A stretch of DNA of 58,573 nucleotides, from positions 1 through 58,573 of IMG/VR virus record IMGVR_UViG_3300031857_000201. One strand, 5' to 3'. The notes under the pieces were generated by a model. It was not told the origin of the DNA. It saw nothing but the letters and a program-made list of their open reading frames with translations, and made no database searches. The DNA comes from a virus (lineage: Duplodnaviria > Caudoviricetes). Shown here one piece after another: positions 10,048 through 17,647 of this stretch. The translations under genes and the position numbers were made by a program. Numbering within the stretch: position 1 is the first letter of the stretch; every line of letters starts with the position of its first letter.

Positions 10048-10482
10048 TTACCACCCCGGGCAATTCCATCGTTTTAAACTTGCTGCCTTGCGAGTTAGGT
10101 TACCTTTTTCATCACGTTTAGGCCCTGGCATACCACTCATTCTGGCGCAAAAAGATTTTTTACGACCTTCATCAGCTTTTGTCTTAGGATTCGGTGCCGG
10201 AGGCTTTAAATTTGCCCCTGTAGCACGATTATACTTTTGACGACCTTTTTCTGTAAGGCCTGCGCCACGGTTAGTAGGCAATTTTTCGCCTCTGGAAACC
10301 GACAATCGTGGCTCACCACCATCTTTCATTTTTTCAGGCAATTTGCCATATTGCCGTTTGCCAACATTAGTCGCCGTATACTCTGCTGCAGCAGATGAAG
10401 ACATGCCAATTTTTTTGGCAATCTTAGGGTCATTCTCAATGGCCTTCATTAGCCGAAATTGTGCTTTAGACTTTGCTGGCAT
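10048..10482 (-). CDS. Small basic late protein, apparently two modules joined at MKDGG
   Basis: Lys/Arg-rich. N-part MPAKSKAQFRLM..., C-part GLTEKGR.KYNR...RKKSFCARM...LKRWNC. Confidence 0.75.
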   Translation of the reverse strand: MPAKSKAQFRLMKAIENDPKIAKKIGMSSSAAAEYTATNVGKRQYGKLPEKMKDGGEPRLSVSRGEKLPTNRGAGLTEKGRQKYNRATGANLKPPAPNPKTKADEGRKKSFCARMSGMPGPKRDEKGNLTRKAASLKRWNCPGW

Positions 10483-11066
10483 CAGGACACCTGTGTAACC
10501 ATTGCGATGATTGAAGGAATCGCAGGATACACCGGCGACACACTTGCTGGTAGATGTTCGATAGTTACCGTGGTAGATGTAGGTACCCAGATAATTTGGA
10601 TATAATCGTTGGCATTCAAGCTCAACAAGAACGGCAAAGATATTCCTAAATATCCAAACACCCCCGCGCTCTTTCTAGCAGGGATCGTATATTGAGTGGC
10701 AGAATTCGCCAAGTCTGTACCATTGATACGTAACCAGATAGTGGCGTCTTGTTGTGCGTTGTCTGTATTCTTGAGCTGAATACTGAACTGCAACATGTAC
10801 TTACCAGTGTTCGGGACGGTCAATTTACTGTTATCGACTAGTGACACACCATCTGCTACATCAACGGTATTGAACGTAACCGCTGTACCTGCAGTAGTTC
10901 CACTAGTCTGATCGGTGGAATCGCTAAAACCACCATATGCAGCGTCGTATTGACGAAGTGTGTCGAGCGTCGCCTTGACATTCGCACCACTCTGAACCAA
11001 CGGAATCAATTCAGTGCCAGTCAAAGTGGCGGCGTTGGGCATTGCGGATATTTTCTGATCAGCCAT
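10482..11066 (-). CDS. Short fibre/spike with a C1q/BclA-like C-terminal head
   Basis: N-terminal ADQKISAMP...GTELIPLVQSG anchor motif. C-terminal YGGF...TFNTV...LTVPNTGKYMLQFSIQ...L.LNANDYIQI. Confidence 0.65.
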   Translation of the reverse strand: MADQKISAMPNAATLTGTELIPLVQSGANVKATLDTLRQYDAAYGGFSDSTDQTSGTTAGTAVTFNTVDVADGVSLVDNSKLTVPNTGKYMLQFSIQLKNTDNAQQDATIWLRINGTDLANSATQYTIPARKSAGVFGYLGISLPFLLSLNANDYIQIIWVPTSTTVTIEHLPASVSPVYPAIPSIIAMVTQVS

Positions 11067-11305
11067 TATGACGACTCCAACACGATCTTGCTATCATCTT
11101 CTTGCAGGACATAACCGGGCGACGCTTCATCGGCTATGTAATACGTGGTAGTGGGGGTAGCCCCGTACATATCTACCACACCATCATCTCCAACGTCCAG
11201 GCCGAAATCGGTACCACCAATCACATTCTGAGCACCCACTCCGGAGGCGAATCCATCACTGGTGTTCGCTTGATTAGCTACTCCTGAATAGCCGACTTTG
11301 CCCAT
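11066..11305 (-). CDS. Small acidic virion-module protein
   Basis: 79 aa, ends YVLQEDDSKIVLESS, coupled on both sides. Confidence 0.65.
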   Translation of the reverse strand: MGKVGYSGVANQANTSDGFASGVGAQNVIGGTDFGLDVGDDGVVDMYGATPTTTYYIADEASPGYVLQEDDSKIVLESS

Positions 11306-11607
11306 TAAATGCCAGCCTGAACGAGGTTCAGAGTAACAGTACCACTCCCGCTATTAACCAGAACTTTAATACCAGTCACCGGAAATGCATAATTACCATC
11401 AGCATTTGCAGTCTGACCGGCCACGGTCGGATGCGAGTACCAAGTCGTGAATCCAACCGCTGGATCATCAAATGTGTGTTGAACGGTGTAGTTAACAGTA
11501 CCTGTCGCGACAGCACCGAAACCAACGTTGAACGGGCTGATGTTGGTGTTCATCACAATGGCTGTACTACTACCTACACCAGTTTGAGAAACAATTTGAA
11601 CTTTCAT
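11305..11607 (-). CDS. Small beta-sandwich virion protein (decoration/spike base?)
   Basis: 100 aa, alternating beta-strand pattern, position downstream of capsid genes. Confidence 0.6.
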   Translation of the reverse strand: MKVQIVSQTGVGSSTAIVMNTNISPFNVGFGAVATGTVNYTVQHTFDDPAVGFTTWYSHPTVAGQTANADGNYAFPVTGIKVLVNSGSGTVTLNLVQAGI

Positions 11608-11616
11608 AAAAGTTCC

Positions 11617-12036
11617 TTATGCGTATACGTTAGCGTAATGCTTTTGCATTTCCAGAATGATAGTGTATGTATCACCTGCACCAGTCTCATACGTGGTAAA
11701 AAGAATCTTTCCATTTTTACCAGCACCTGCGTTATTCGTCAAACCCCCAATATGGGAATAATCCTGGATGTATTGCGTATTAGATGGAATGGTTTGAATA
11801 GGCACCGGCGCAGTAGCATCCCACAATAATCGCACTGACATGCCATTTGTAAGACCTGAAATCTTTAGAAGCGATACTTCATCACATGCACCACCTGCTG
11901 CAGAAGGGTTAAGCACAGCAGGATCTACTTTTACTACATTTGTTTCGCCTGTAGCATTATCTGTAATAAAGTCAAACTTCATGATGGCAACGCGCTCGCC
12001 ATCAAAAAGCGTTTGCGATGTAGCAGTTGCTGCCAT
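11617..12036 (-). CDS. Small virion structural protein
   Basis: Likely ATG at 12036 (MAATAT) after a GGAG RBS. The longer track start runs through a terminator hairpin. Confidence 0.65.
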   Translation of the reverse strand: MAATATSQTLFDGERVAIMKFDFITDNATGETNVVKVDPAVLNPSAAGGACDEVSLLKISGLTNGMSVRLLWDATAPVPIQTIPSNTQYIQDYSHIGGLTNNAGAGKNGKILFTTYETGAGDTYTIILEMQKHYANVYA

Positions 12037-12048
12037 AACGATCTCCAT

Positions 12049-12070
12049 AAAAGTGGGGCCGTAGCCCCAC
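12049..12070 (-). terminator. Intrinsic terminator
   Basis: Minus strand GTGGGGC-TACG-GCCCCAC followed by TTTT, just after the stop of 12078..12530. Confidence 0.7.
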
Positions 12071-12077
12071 ATTCAAA

Positions 12078-12530
12078 TTAGTGGCAAGAACCACCTTTTT
12101 TGAAAGCTTTATGGCCGCAAGAGTCGCCTTTCATTGCAACAAAGCCACCTTCTTTATACTTTGAAGGCTTAATTGCGCCACCAGTTTTGTAACCACCTTG
12201 CGCATTGGCCACACCACCAGTTTTATAGCCGCCTTGCGCGTTAGCCACGCCACCGGTTTTCAAACCTTTGTGCGCTTTAGATGCTGGCATTGAAGCATGC
12301 TTCTTCAACTTGGATTCAGTTGAAGCCATTTTCTTCATTTCCATTGCGTGCTCGGCTTTGGACTCACCACCTTCTTTCATTGCCATAGTACCTCCTGACA
12401 TAGGTTGCATTGCGCCAGCCATTGGTGGCTGCGGCGCAGTAGGAAGTGCAGGTGCCATACCACGACGCATAGGGCGTTGCATACCTCTACGTGGCGCTGC
12501 CGGCATCGCTGCAGTTTTAGCTTTGGGCAT
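12078..12530 (-). CDS. Basic low-complexity protein with repeated xKxGG motifs
   Basis: Contains MKEGG, LKTGG, YKTGG x2, YKEGG, FKKGG, and a tandem KTGGVANAQGGY repeat. Confidence 0.8.
   Translation of the reverse strand: MPKAKTAAMPAAPRRGMQRPMRRGMAPALPTAPQPPMAGAMQPMSGGTMAMKEGGESKAEHAMEMKKMASTESKLKKHASMPASKAHKGLKTGGVANAQGGYKTGGVANAQGGYKTGGAIKPSKYKEGGFVAMKGDSCGHKAFKKGGSCH
12178..12262. repeat. 36-nt imperfect tandem repeat (~2.3 copies) encoding KTGGVANAQGGY
   Basis: Seen in both DNA and translation. Confidence 0.85.
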
Positions 12531-12744
12531 GTCGTTCTCCTAATTTGTGAGCATTGATAGGGATTGCATCGCCTATCTCATACCCAGGTATACTTACAGG
12601 TTCTTCTGTCAAATCAAGTCGAGCAAGCAAAGATTGCAAAACATCAACCGCTGCTTGTGAAGCAATGGCAACTTCATGTGCATGTTGCCGCTGCTCCTCC
12701 ATGCGCTTGATTTGCTCTAATAGATACTCTTTAGTAATATCCAT
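12517..12744 (-). CDS. Small coiled-coil protein, possible fibre chaperone
   Basis: 75 aa, helical heptad pattern, TAATG coupling. Confidence 0.65.
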   Translation of the reverse strand: MDITKEYLLEQIKRMEEQRQHAHEVAIASQAAVDVLQSLLARLDLTEEPVSIPGYEIGDAIPINAHKLGERHAQS

Positions 12745-13322
12745 TAAGCGGTGTCAGAAACCATTAAGTAGTACGTGGTGCCCGAAGCATTTTTGATAGG
12801 AATCACATGTGATACGGCAGCAGCAGATTCTGCAGCAACCATTGCGTCAGGAAACACAGCAAAAGTGCTAATTGCGCCAGTGCCACTATTGGTCAAACGC
12901 AGATAAGATGCATTAGTCCAAGTGCCACCGGTAGCAAAATCAGAATCCAATTGCAGCGCCGCAATGGTGCCACCAGGATTTGTAGAAGTACCGCCCAGCG
13001 TCACACGTAGTGCATTGCCTGCGCCAGAAATTGTACCGCTACCATTGATTGACAGCGAGATATGTGCGCCATTAACAGTGCCACCAGTTGCAGCGCCTGC
13101 GCCAGTTACTCGAGTAAGAGCACGTAGTGTCTCACCTGAACCAGTGGAGGTGAATTCCAAACGGCTGTAGTTGAGGCGAACATCGCCAGTGGTATTAGAT
13201 GCTGTTGCATACGAACTGGAAACGTTACCAGCAGTCGTTACAGCAATAGGATCAGCGGAAGTGCCACCAATAAAACCATTAAGCGATTTTACCGGGCCGC
13301 TAAAGGTAGTTTGTCCCATCAT
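12744..13322 (-). CDS. Capsid-associated fibre/decoration protein
   Basis: First gene after the MCP. N-terminal GQTTFSGPVKS motif, Gly/Thr/Ala-rich, TAAGGAG RBS. Confidence 0.65.
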   Translation of the reverse strand: MMGQTTFSGPVKSLNGFIGGTSADPIAVTTAGNVSSSYATASNTTGDVRLNYSRLEFTSTGSGETLRALTRVTGAGAATGGTVNGAHISLSINGSGTISGAGNALRVTLGGTSTNPGGTIAALQLDSDFATGGTWTNASYLRLTNSGTGAISTFAVFPDAMVAAESAAAVSHVIPIKNASGTTYYLMVSDTA

Positions 13323-13330
13323 TACTCCTT

Positions 13331-13396
13331 ATGCACAAGTTGCTCGTCCGTCTGTGCATCGTCTGCTAGGGCAGTCTGACGAGCTATTTTCCCTAG
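13331..13396 (-). ncRNA. Double-pseudoknot RNA element downstream of the major capsid gene (probably the Mu-gpT-DE motif class)
   Basis: Three perfect interleaved stems: 13391-96/13366-71, 13378-84/13342-48, 13353-59/13331-37. Three CAGAC linkers. The location matches my recollection of the Mu-gpT downstream element. Confidence 0.7.
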
Positions 13397-13429
13397 AAAA
13401 CTCTCCCACCAATTGCTTAGTGGGAGAGT
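13397..13429 (-). terminator. Intrinsic terminator after the major capsid gene
   Basis: Minus strand ACTCTCCCAC-N10-GTGGGAGAGT followed by TTT. Confidence 0.75.
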
Positions 13430-13437
13430 GTCTTACA

Positions 13438-14352
13438 TTAAATACCCGGAGTACCGTACATTGCACGCGGGTCGGTGAAGCCAATATCGTAACGCTCGGT
13501 GGCCTTGTAGCGCATCGAGTCGGTTTCGAAATCGCCTTCCATGGTCTTTTCCAGACCACGACGCATCAGCAGCTTCATACCTTCCGGCGTGTCGGTCTGT
13601 ACCCACCATGCGGTAGCGGAGGTAAGACGAGACAGAACCGAAGCACCTTGCGGCAGCAAACCAATCGACTTGATCGGGTTGATGTCGTTGTCGGCGGTGC
13701 CGGAACGCAGTACCGACTTCAGCAGGACTTCAGCTTGGAAGACGTTGCCAGGTGCAACAACCAGCTTCAGCGGTTGCAGGCGAATCTTCTTGCCGTTGTT
13801 GTCCACAGCCTGACGAACTTGAATCAGCATCTGCTCCAGAGAAGTCTGGGACAGGTTAGCTGCAGAAGTCAGCAGGTTGCTGAAGGTACCATTGACGATG
13901 GGGTGGTTGGAAGCGTTCAATGCAACGCCGTCACCACCGGGGTATGAACCGTTGAATGCGCGATTCAGTACGTTAGCTGCCAGAGTTTCTTTGGTTTCGA
14001 CCAGAGACTGCGCCAGGTGACGAGCATAGACGTTACCAATACGGATGTGATCGCCATCTTCCACCAGCACCTTGGTCAGTGCAAAGGCCAGACCGTAGAC
14101 CTTATACACATAGCGCTTCAGGAAGAGAACGCCACCTTGCTGGTAGCTAACCGGAGTGCCGTCGGGCAGCTCAGGAGCTGCACCGAAGCCGTACAGAACC
14201 GGCTCTTCATGGTAGTTACGGGGGATACCGGTTTGCTCACGGAACACTTGGCTCCATTCATCGGTACGCTGATCATAGACGCCGTCGAATGCTTCATTGA
14301 GAATTGGCTCAACAATCGAACGAAAGTCTGTACTTCTCATTGGGGCTGCCAT
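13438..14352 (-). CDS. Major capsid protein (HK97 fold, Mu gpT-like family)
   Basis: 304 aa, strong codon bias and a downstream terminator. Motifs GFGAAP, YGLAFALTK..VED, LARS/AQS..ETKE..AANVLNRAF, GGDGVAL, RYKATERY..G..DPR. Confidence 0.92.
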   Translation of the reverse strand: MAAPMRSTDFRSIVEPILNEAFDGVYDQRTDEWSQVFREQTGIPRNYHEEPVLYGFGAAPELPDGTPVSYQQGGVLFLKRYVYKVYGLAFALTKVLVEDGDHIRIGNVYARHLAQSLVETKETLAANVLNRAFNGSYPGGDGVALNASNHPIVNGTFSNLLTSAANLSQTSLEQMLIQVRQAVDNNGKKIRLQPLKLVVAPGNVFQAEVLLKSVLRSGTADNDINPIKSIGLLPQGASVLSRLTSATAWWVQTDTPEGMKLLMRRGLEKTMEGDFETDSMRYKATERYDIGFTDPRAMYGTPGI

Positions 14353-14367
14353 AGTTTATGCCCTCCC

Positions 14368-14937
14368 TTAGATAGCGTTAAGAGTAGCGACAAACTGATG
14401 TTCAGCAATTTGTACACGAACGATCGTGTACGCATCGCCCCATGCGTTGTCAGCATACGGTGCCAGATCGACGATACGCAGCTGACCAAATGTCGACGTG
14501 CCAGTCAGCGAAGCCGACATGGTGCACTGCGACAGACCAGTGGTAGAAGAACCAGCAGTGAGGTTGGAGAAGTTGGCGTTGTCGCCAATCGCGGTTTGAG
14601 CAACAGAACCGTCGGCCTGGATTTCATACACGATCAGAGGATCGTTGTAGAAATACGCAACGCACGAACCAGCCTGATATGCCGTATTGGCAGGCCAGTA
14701 GTTCGATACGCGGCGACGACCGGTGGTGTCAGTCCACTCAACGCCAGCAAAGGCGCCAACGAAAGCTTCAGTGGAAGTAACAGGCTGAATAACGCCGTTG
14801 ACATACTTGACGGGCTGACCCTTCAGGATGTCGGACGTGTAGCCCGAGGTAATACCATTGGCCAACGCTTGAGCACGTTCCAGTCCCGTAGGAAAGAACG
14901 CCGGGCGAAGACCGAATGGTGCAGAAGTTGCGCTCAT
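14368..14937 (-). CDS. Capsid cement/decoration protein
   Basis: APFGLRP N-terminus, VGAFAGVEWTD, DP.IVYEIQ. Immediately upstream of the MCP with the same codon bias. Confidence 0.75.
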   Translation of the reverse strand: MSATSAPFGLRPAFFPTGLERAQALANGITSGYTSDILKGQPVKYVNGVIQPVTSTEAFVGAFAGVEWTDTTGRRRVSNYWPANTAYQAGSCVAYFYNDPLIVYEIQADGSVAQTAIGDNANFSNLTAGSSTTGLSQCTMSASLTGTSTFGQLRIVDLAPYADNAWGDAYTIVRVQIAEHQFVATLNAI

Positions 14938-14972
14938 AAAATGAGTCCTTTCACATTCGATTTCATCAAATG

Positions 14973-15509
14973 CTACTCAAAAGTAGGCATTTTGATGTGG
15001 GCGTTAGATTCCATGCCTTCGCCTTCAACCGATACTAGTGAACGACCCCTGCTGTCACGAGCGCCAAGCAATTGCTCTTGCTGAACTTTAATCTTTTCTT
15101 GCTCCTCAAGAGGAGCTTGATGATGCAGTTCATACATGATTTGTTGGTACAAGTCCATCGGCATCTTGTACAACAACATCTCATTGCAAGATACATAGCC
15201 AACATTCTCGCCAGCCTTTACTCGCAGATGCTCAAAGCCTGGTAACTCTTCGGCTTTTACAGGTTCATACCCCATTCGCATCCGTTTGTGGATGGGATCG
15301 TACTGATTTGATGAAGACAACCAGCACAAATGATAACCCGGAATTTCGGGCGGGGTCGGAAGTGCTTCTTGAAGCCACTCCGAGCGGAACATCTTACGAC
15401 GCTCCTCGGAAAATGCAAAATTCGTTTCAGGTGCATCACGCTCGCGGTCTTCTGCTGCGCGGGTTTCGCGGCCACCTGCTTTGAGATCCTTCTTAAAACG
15501 TCCGTCCAT
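14973..15509 (-). CDS. Conserved head-module protein of unknown function
   Basis: Likely ATG at 15509 after GGGGG. LPTPP..PGYHLCW and GYEPV motifs. Lies between scaffold and cement genes. Confidence 0.7.
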   Translation of the reverse strand: MDGRFKKDLKAGGRETRAAEDRERDAPETNFAFSEERRKMFRSEWLQEALPTPPEIPGYHLCWLSSSNQYDPIHKRMRMGYEPVKAEELPGFEHLRVKAGENVGYVSCNEMLLYKMPMDLYQQIMYELHHQAPLEEQEKIKVQQEQLLGARDSRGRSLVSVEGEGMESNAHIKMPTFE

Positions 15510-15510
15510 A

Positions 15511-16515
15511 TTACCCCCTAGTCTTGTTTTGACGATCCCAGTCTGCAAATTTGCGGATCATCTTATTACGTTGTTCAATGTTCTCCCACATGCCTGCTTC
15601 TTTAATGGCAGCAACGCGATCGGGCGTCAAACGAAACTCATTAGGCCGACTACCACCTGATGATTCTCGTCCTGAACTCGTAACCACAGACCTTGGAGGT
15701 TTCTGATTTCGGTTGCGATCATTATATCCTTGACTTGAGCGATGTGGTAAATATTTTTGCAGCCGCTCGTCAAGCTCTTCCCAGTACTCTTCAGAAGTCG
15801 GGTCAAACCCTTCTTCAGTCAGTTTACGGTCAATTCGTTGAGCAATCTCTGAATCAAGATCTTTGCCTTGCGGGTCATACCAGGTATTACGCCGCATCCA
15901 ATCAGCCGCCATTCTTTGAACCATAGGGTCCGGCAACTCAATGTTAGGCTTGGTAGTTTGAGACATCTGCTTAGTGGCATTCTCTTTAAGCGTGTTAAGA
16001 GACTCCATCTTGCGTTGAGCCTCATACAGCATCTCTTGAGCTTGCACCAAAGCATCTCCGTCTTGCTGCGAGACTGCCTCTTTCATTTTCATTTTGGCAA
16101 ACTCAACTTGCACGCCAGCGTCGTCAATGGCTTTATCGACTCGAGCCAGCTCGGCGCCCGATGTCTTTTTCTCAAGTTGAGCAATACGCTCTGCCAGTTC
16201 TGTATTTTGCTTTTTCAGAGCAGAAATCAGATGGTTGGACTCACGTACCTTTTCTTTGTGCAACTGCTTCTTAAGGCGACGCTCTTCACGACGTGCAGCA
16301 CGAATGGCTTCACGCTCAGGGTCATCGTCTTGAGGCTCATTATTTTGTGGCAGATTATTTTGTAAACTTCCACCATCATCATCGTCATCATCGTCATCTT
16401 GCGAATCAGCCTGTTGATTTTGATTAGGTGGCATCTCATCATCTGGCAAATGTACCAGAGCGGAACCATCTTGCTCTTCAGTGAGCTGGAGTTCCATTTT
16501 TTGTGTTTGATTCAT
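15511..16515 (-). CDS. Capsid scaffolding protein
   Basis: Acidic N-terminus, long coiled coil, W..RN.WY motif, short helical C-terminus. Position between portal and MCP. Confidence 0.75.
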   Translation of the reverse strand: MNQTQKMELQLTEEQDGSALVHLPDDEMPPNQNQQADSQDDDDDDDDGGSLQNNLPQNNEPQDDDPEREAIRAARREERRLKKQLHKEKVRESNHLISALKKQNTELAERIAQLEKKTSGAELARVDKAIDDAGVQVEFAKMKMKEAVSQQDGDALVQAQEMLYEAQRKMESLNTLKENATKQMSQTTKPNIELPDPMVQRMAADWMRRNTWYDPQGKDLDSEIAQRIDRKLTEEGFDPTSEEYWEELDERLQKYLPHRSSQGYNDRNRNQKPPRSVVTSSGRESSGGSRPNEFRLTPDRVAAIKEAGMWENIEQRNKMIRKFADWDRQNKTRG

Positions 16516-16533
16516 AGTTCTACCTTTCTGCGT

Positions 16534-16956
16534 TTAGACAAACGCTCTGATGGCCAGAGGGTCCCCAGTACAGGCACCAATGAGTTCATGGTCATTAAAG
16601 AACGTAAAGAGGGCTTTGCCTTTCACGTCATTATGCTCATAGTCGATCTCCCAGCGATCGCCACCCCATTTAGGTACACGTACATAGTCGCCTACTTTGG
16701 CCCAAGCGCCTTCCGGCCAGGGCTCCATGGTATCCCGCTTGCAAAACGCAAGTGGTCCTATGGCAATAACTTTGCCAATCATGGTATTCCATTTCTCAGT
16801 TTCTTTGGTTTCCTCGACCAGGACGATACCGGACTTGGTTGCCTTCTCTTTGACAGCACGAAGTTGTACCAAAACACGAGCACCAAACGGGCGCATCAAC
16901 GGATCCACAACGGGGAACGCTTCATCGAGCGTCTGTTCTACGATATCATTCGACAT
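16534..16956 (-). CDS. groES: Co-chaperonin GroES (Cpn10)-like protein
   Basis: RPFGARVLV...KTKSGIVL-like mobile loop...GKVIAIGP...KVGDYV..PKWGG. Confidence 0.88.
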   Translation of the reverse strand: MSNDIVEQTLDEAFPVVDPLMRPFGARVLVQLRAVKEKATKSGIVLVEETKETEKWNTMIGKVIAIGPLAFCKRDTMEPWPEGAWAKVGDYVRVPKWGGDRWEIDYEHNDVKGKALFTFFNDHELIGACTGDPLAIRAFV

Positions 16957-17134
16957 CTCTTTTTTCCTCTTCTAAAAGCATATCAAGAATCGATAAAGCC
17001 TCTGCCAGGCCTTGGTAATGGCCGACTAAACGCTGATAAGACTCATAATTGACTGGCGTTCCTGCATGAAGAACCTCAGTAATCTTTGCCTGCTCAGCTT
17101 TTACTCGGCCAATGTAGTCCGATAGAGTCTTCAT
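16946..17134 (-). CDS. Small helical head-module protein
   Basis: 62 aa with YESYQRLVG.YQGL, coupled to both neighbours. Confidence 0.7.
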   Translation of the reverse strand: MKTLSDYIGRVKAEQAKITEVLHAGTPVNYESYQRLVGHYQGLAEALSILDMLLEEEKRDVE

Positions 17135-17412
17135 CAGCGACCGCGACCTGACTTCCGCATAGGTACTGCAACTGCGATAGTTAGACCGGGACCTTTAGAG
17201 CCGCCGCCTTTTGCAAAGCGAGCGATCTTTCCGGTTGGTTTACCCAATGGCTCTTTTTGTGAAGAGTCATTGATCAGCGTACGAGTCTTGCTCTCAGGCA
17301 TGACTTTACCGCCATCTTTGTAGCCTTTAATACCTTTGCCAGGCGCCTTGGTGATAGACTCACCACCGCCCATGGCAAGGCGCTTATGCATGTTGATTGC
17401 TTCATCAGACAT
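17134..17412 (-). CDS. Small basic protein with xKxGG motifs
   Basis: ATG at 17412 after TAAGGAG. Contains LAMGG, YKDGG, FAKGG. Confidence 0.75.
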   Translation of the reverse strand: MSDEAINMHKRLAMGGGESITKAPGKGIKGYKDGGKVMPESKTRTLINDSSQKEPLGKPTGKIARFAKGGGSKGPGLTIAVAVPMRKSGRGR

Positions 17413-17422
17413 AATAGTCTCC

Positions 17423-17647
17423 TTAAAAACCGTGTTTGTGTTTCCCAGTTGCGGTACGACCAAAGCCGTGCCAGTCTTTGACGCTACCCCCTGACTTATA
17501 GCTAGGTTGTTGCGACATTGCTTCTTTTCTTACTTTACTCAAAAGATCTACATCTGTTTTCTCAATCTTTGGATCAGGCAAATCATACTTAGTACGAACC
17601 TTGCCTAGTAAATCCAGACCTTTGGGTGAAATGAAAGTGTCAGACAT
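17423..17647 (-). CDS. Small basic protein with YKSGG motif
   Basis: ATG at 17647 after GGGAG, overlapping the portal stop. Confidence 0.7.
   Translation of the reverse strand: MSDTFISPKGLDLLGKVRTKYDLPDPKIEKTDVDLLSKVRKEAMSQQPSYKSGGSVKDWHGFGRTATGKHKHGF

Noticed and set aside
13171-15084. Long plus-strand ORFs (258 aa and 355 aa) opposite the capsid genes
   Set aside because: Shadow ORFs produced by the strong codon bias of the MCP and cement genes, with no RBS or protein-like motifs.
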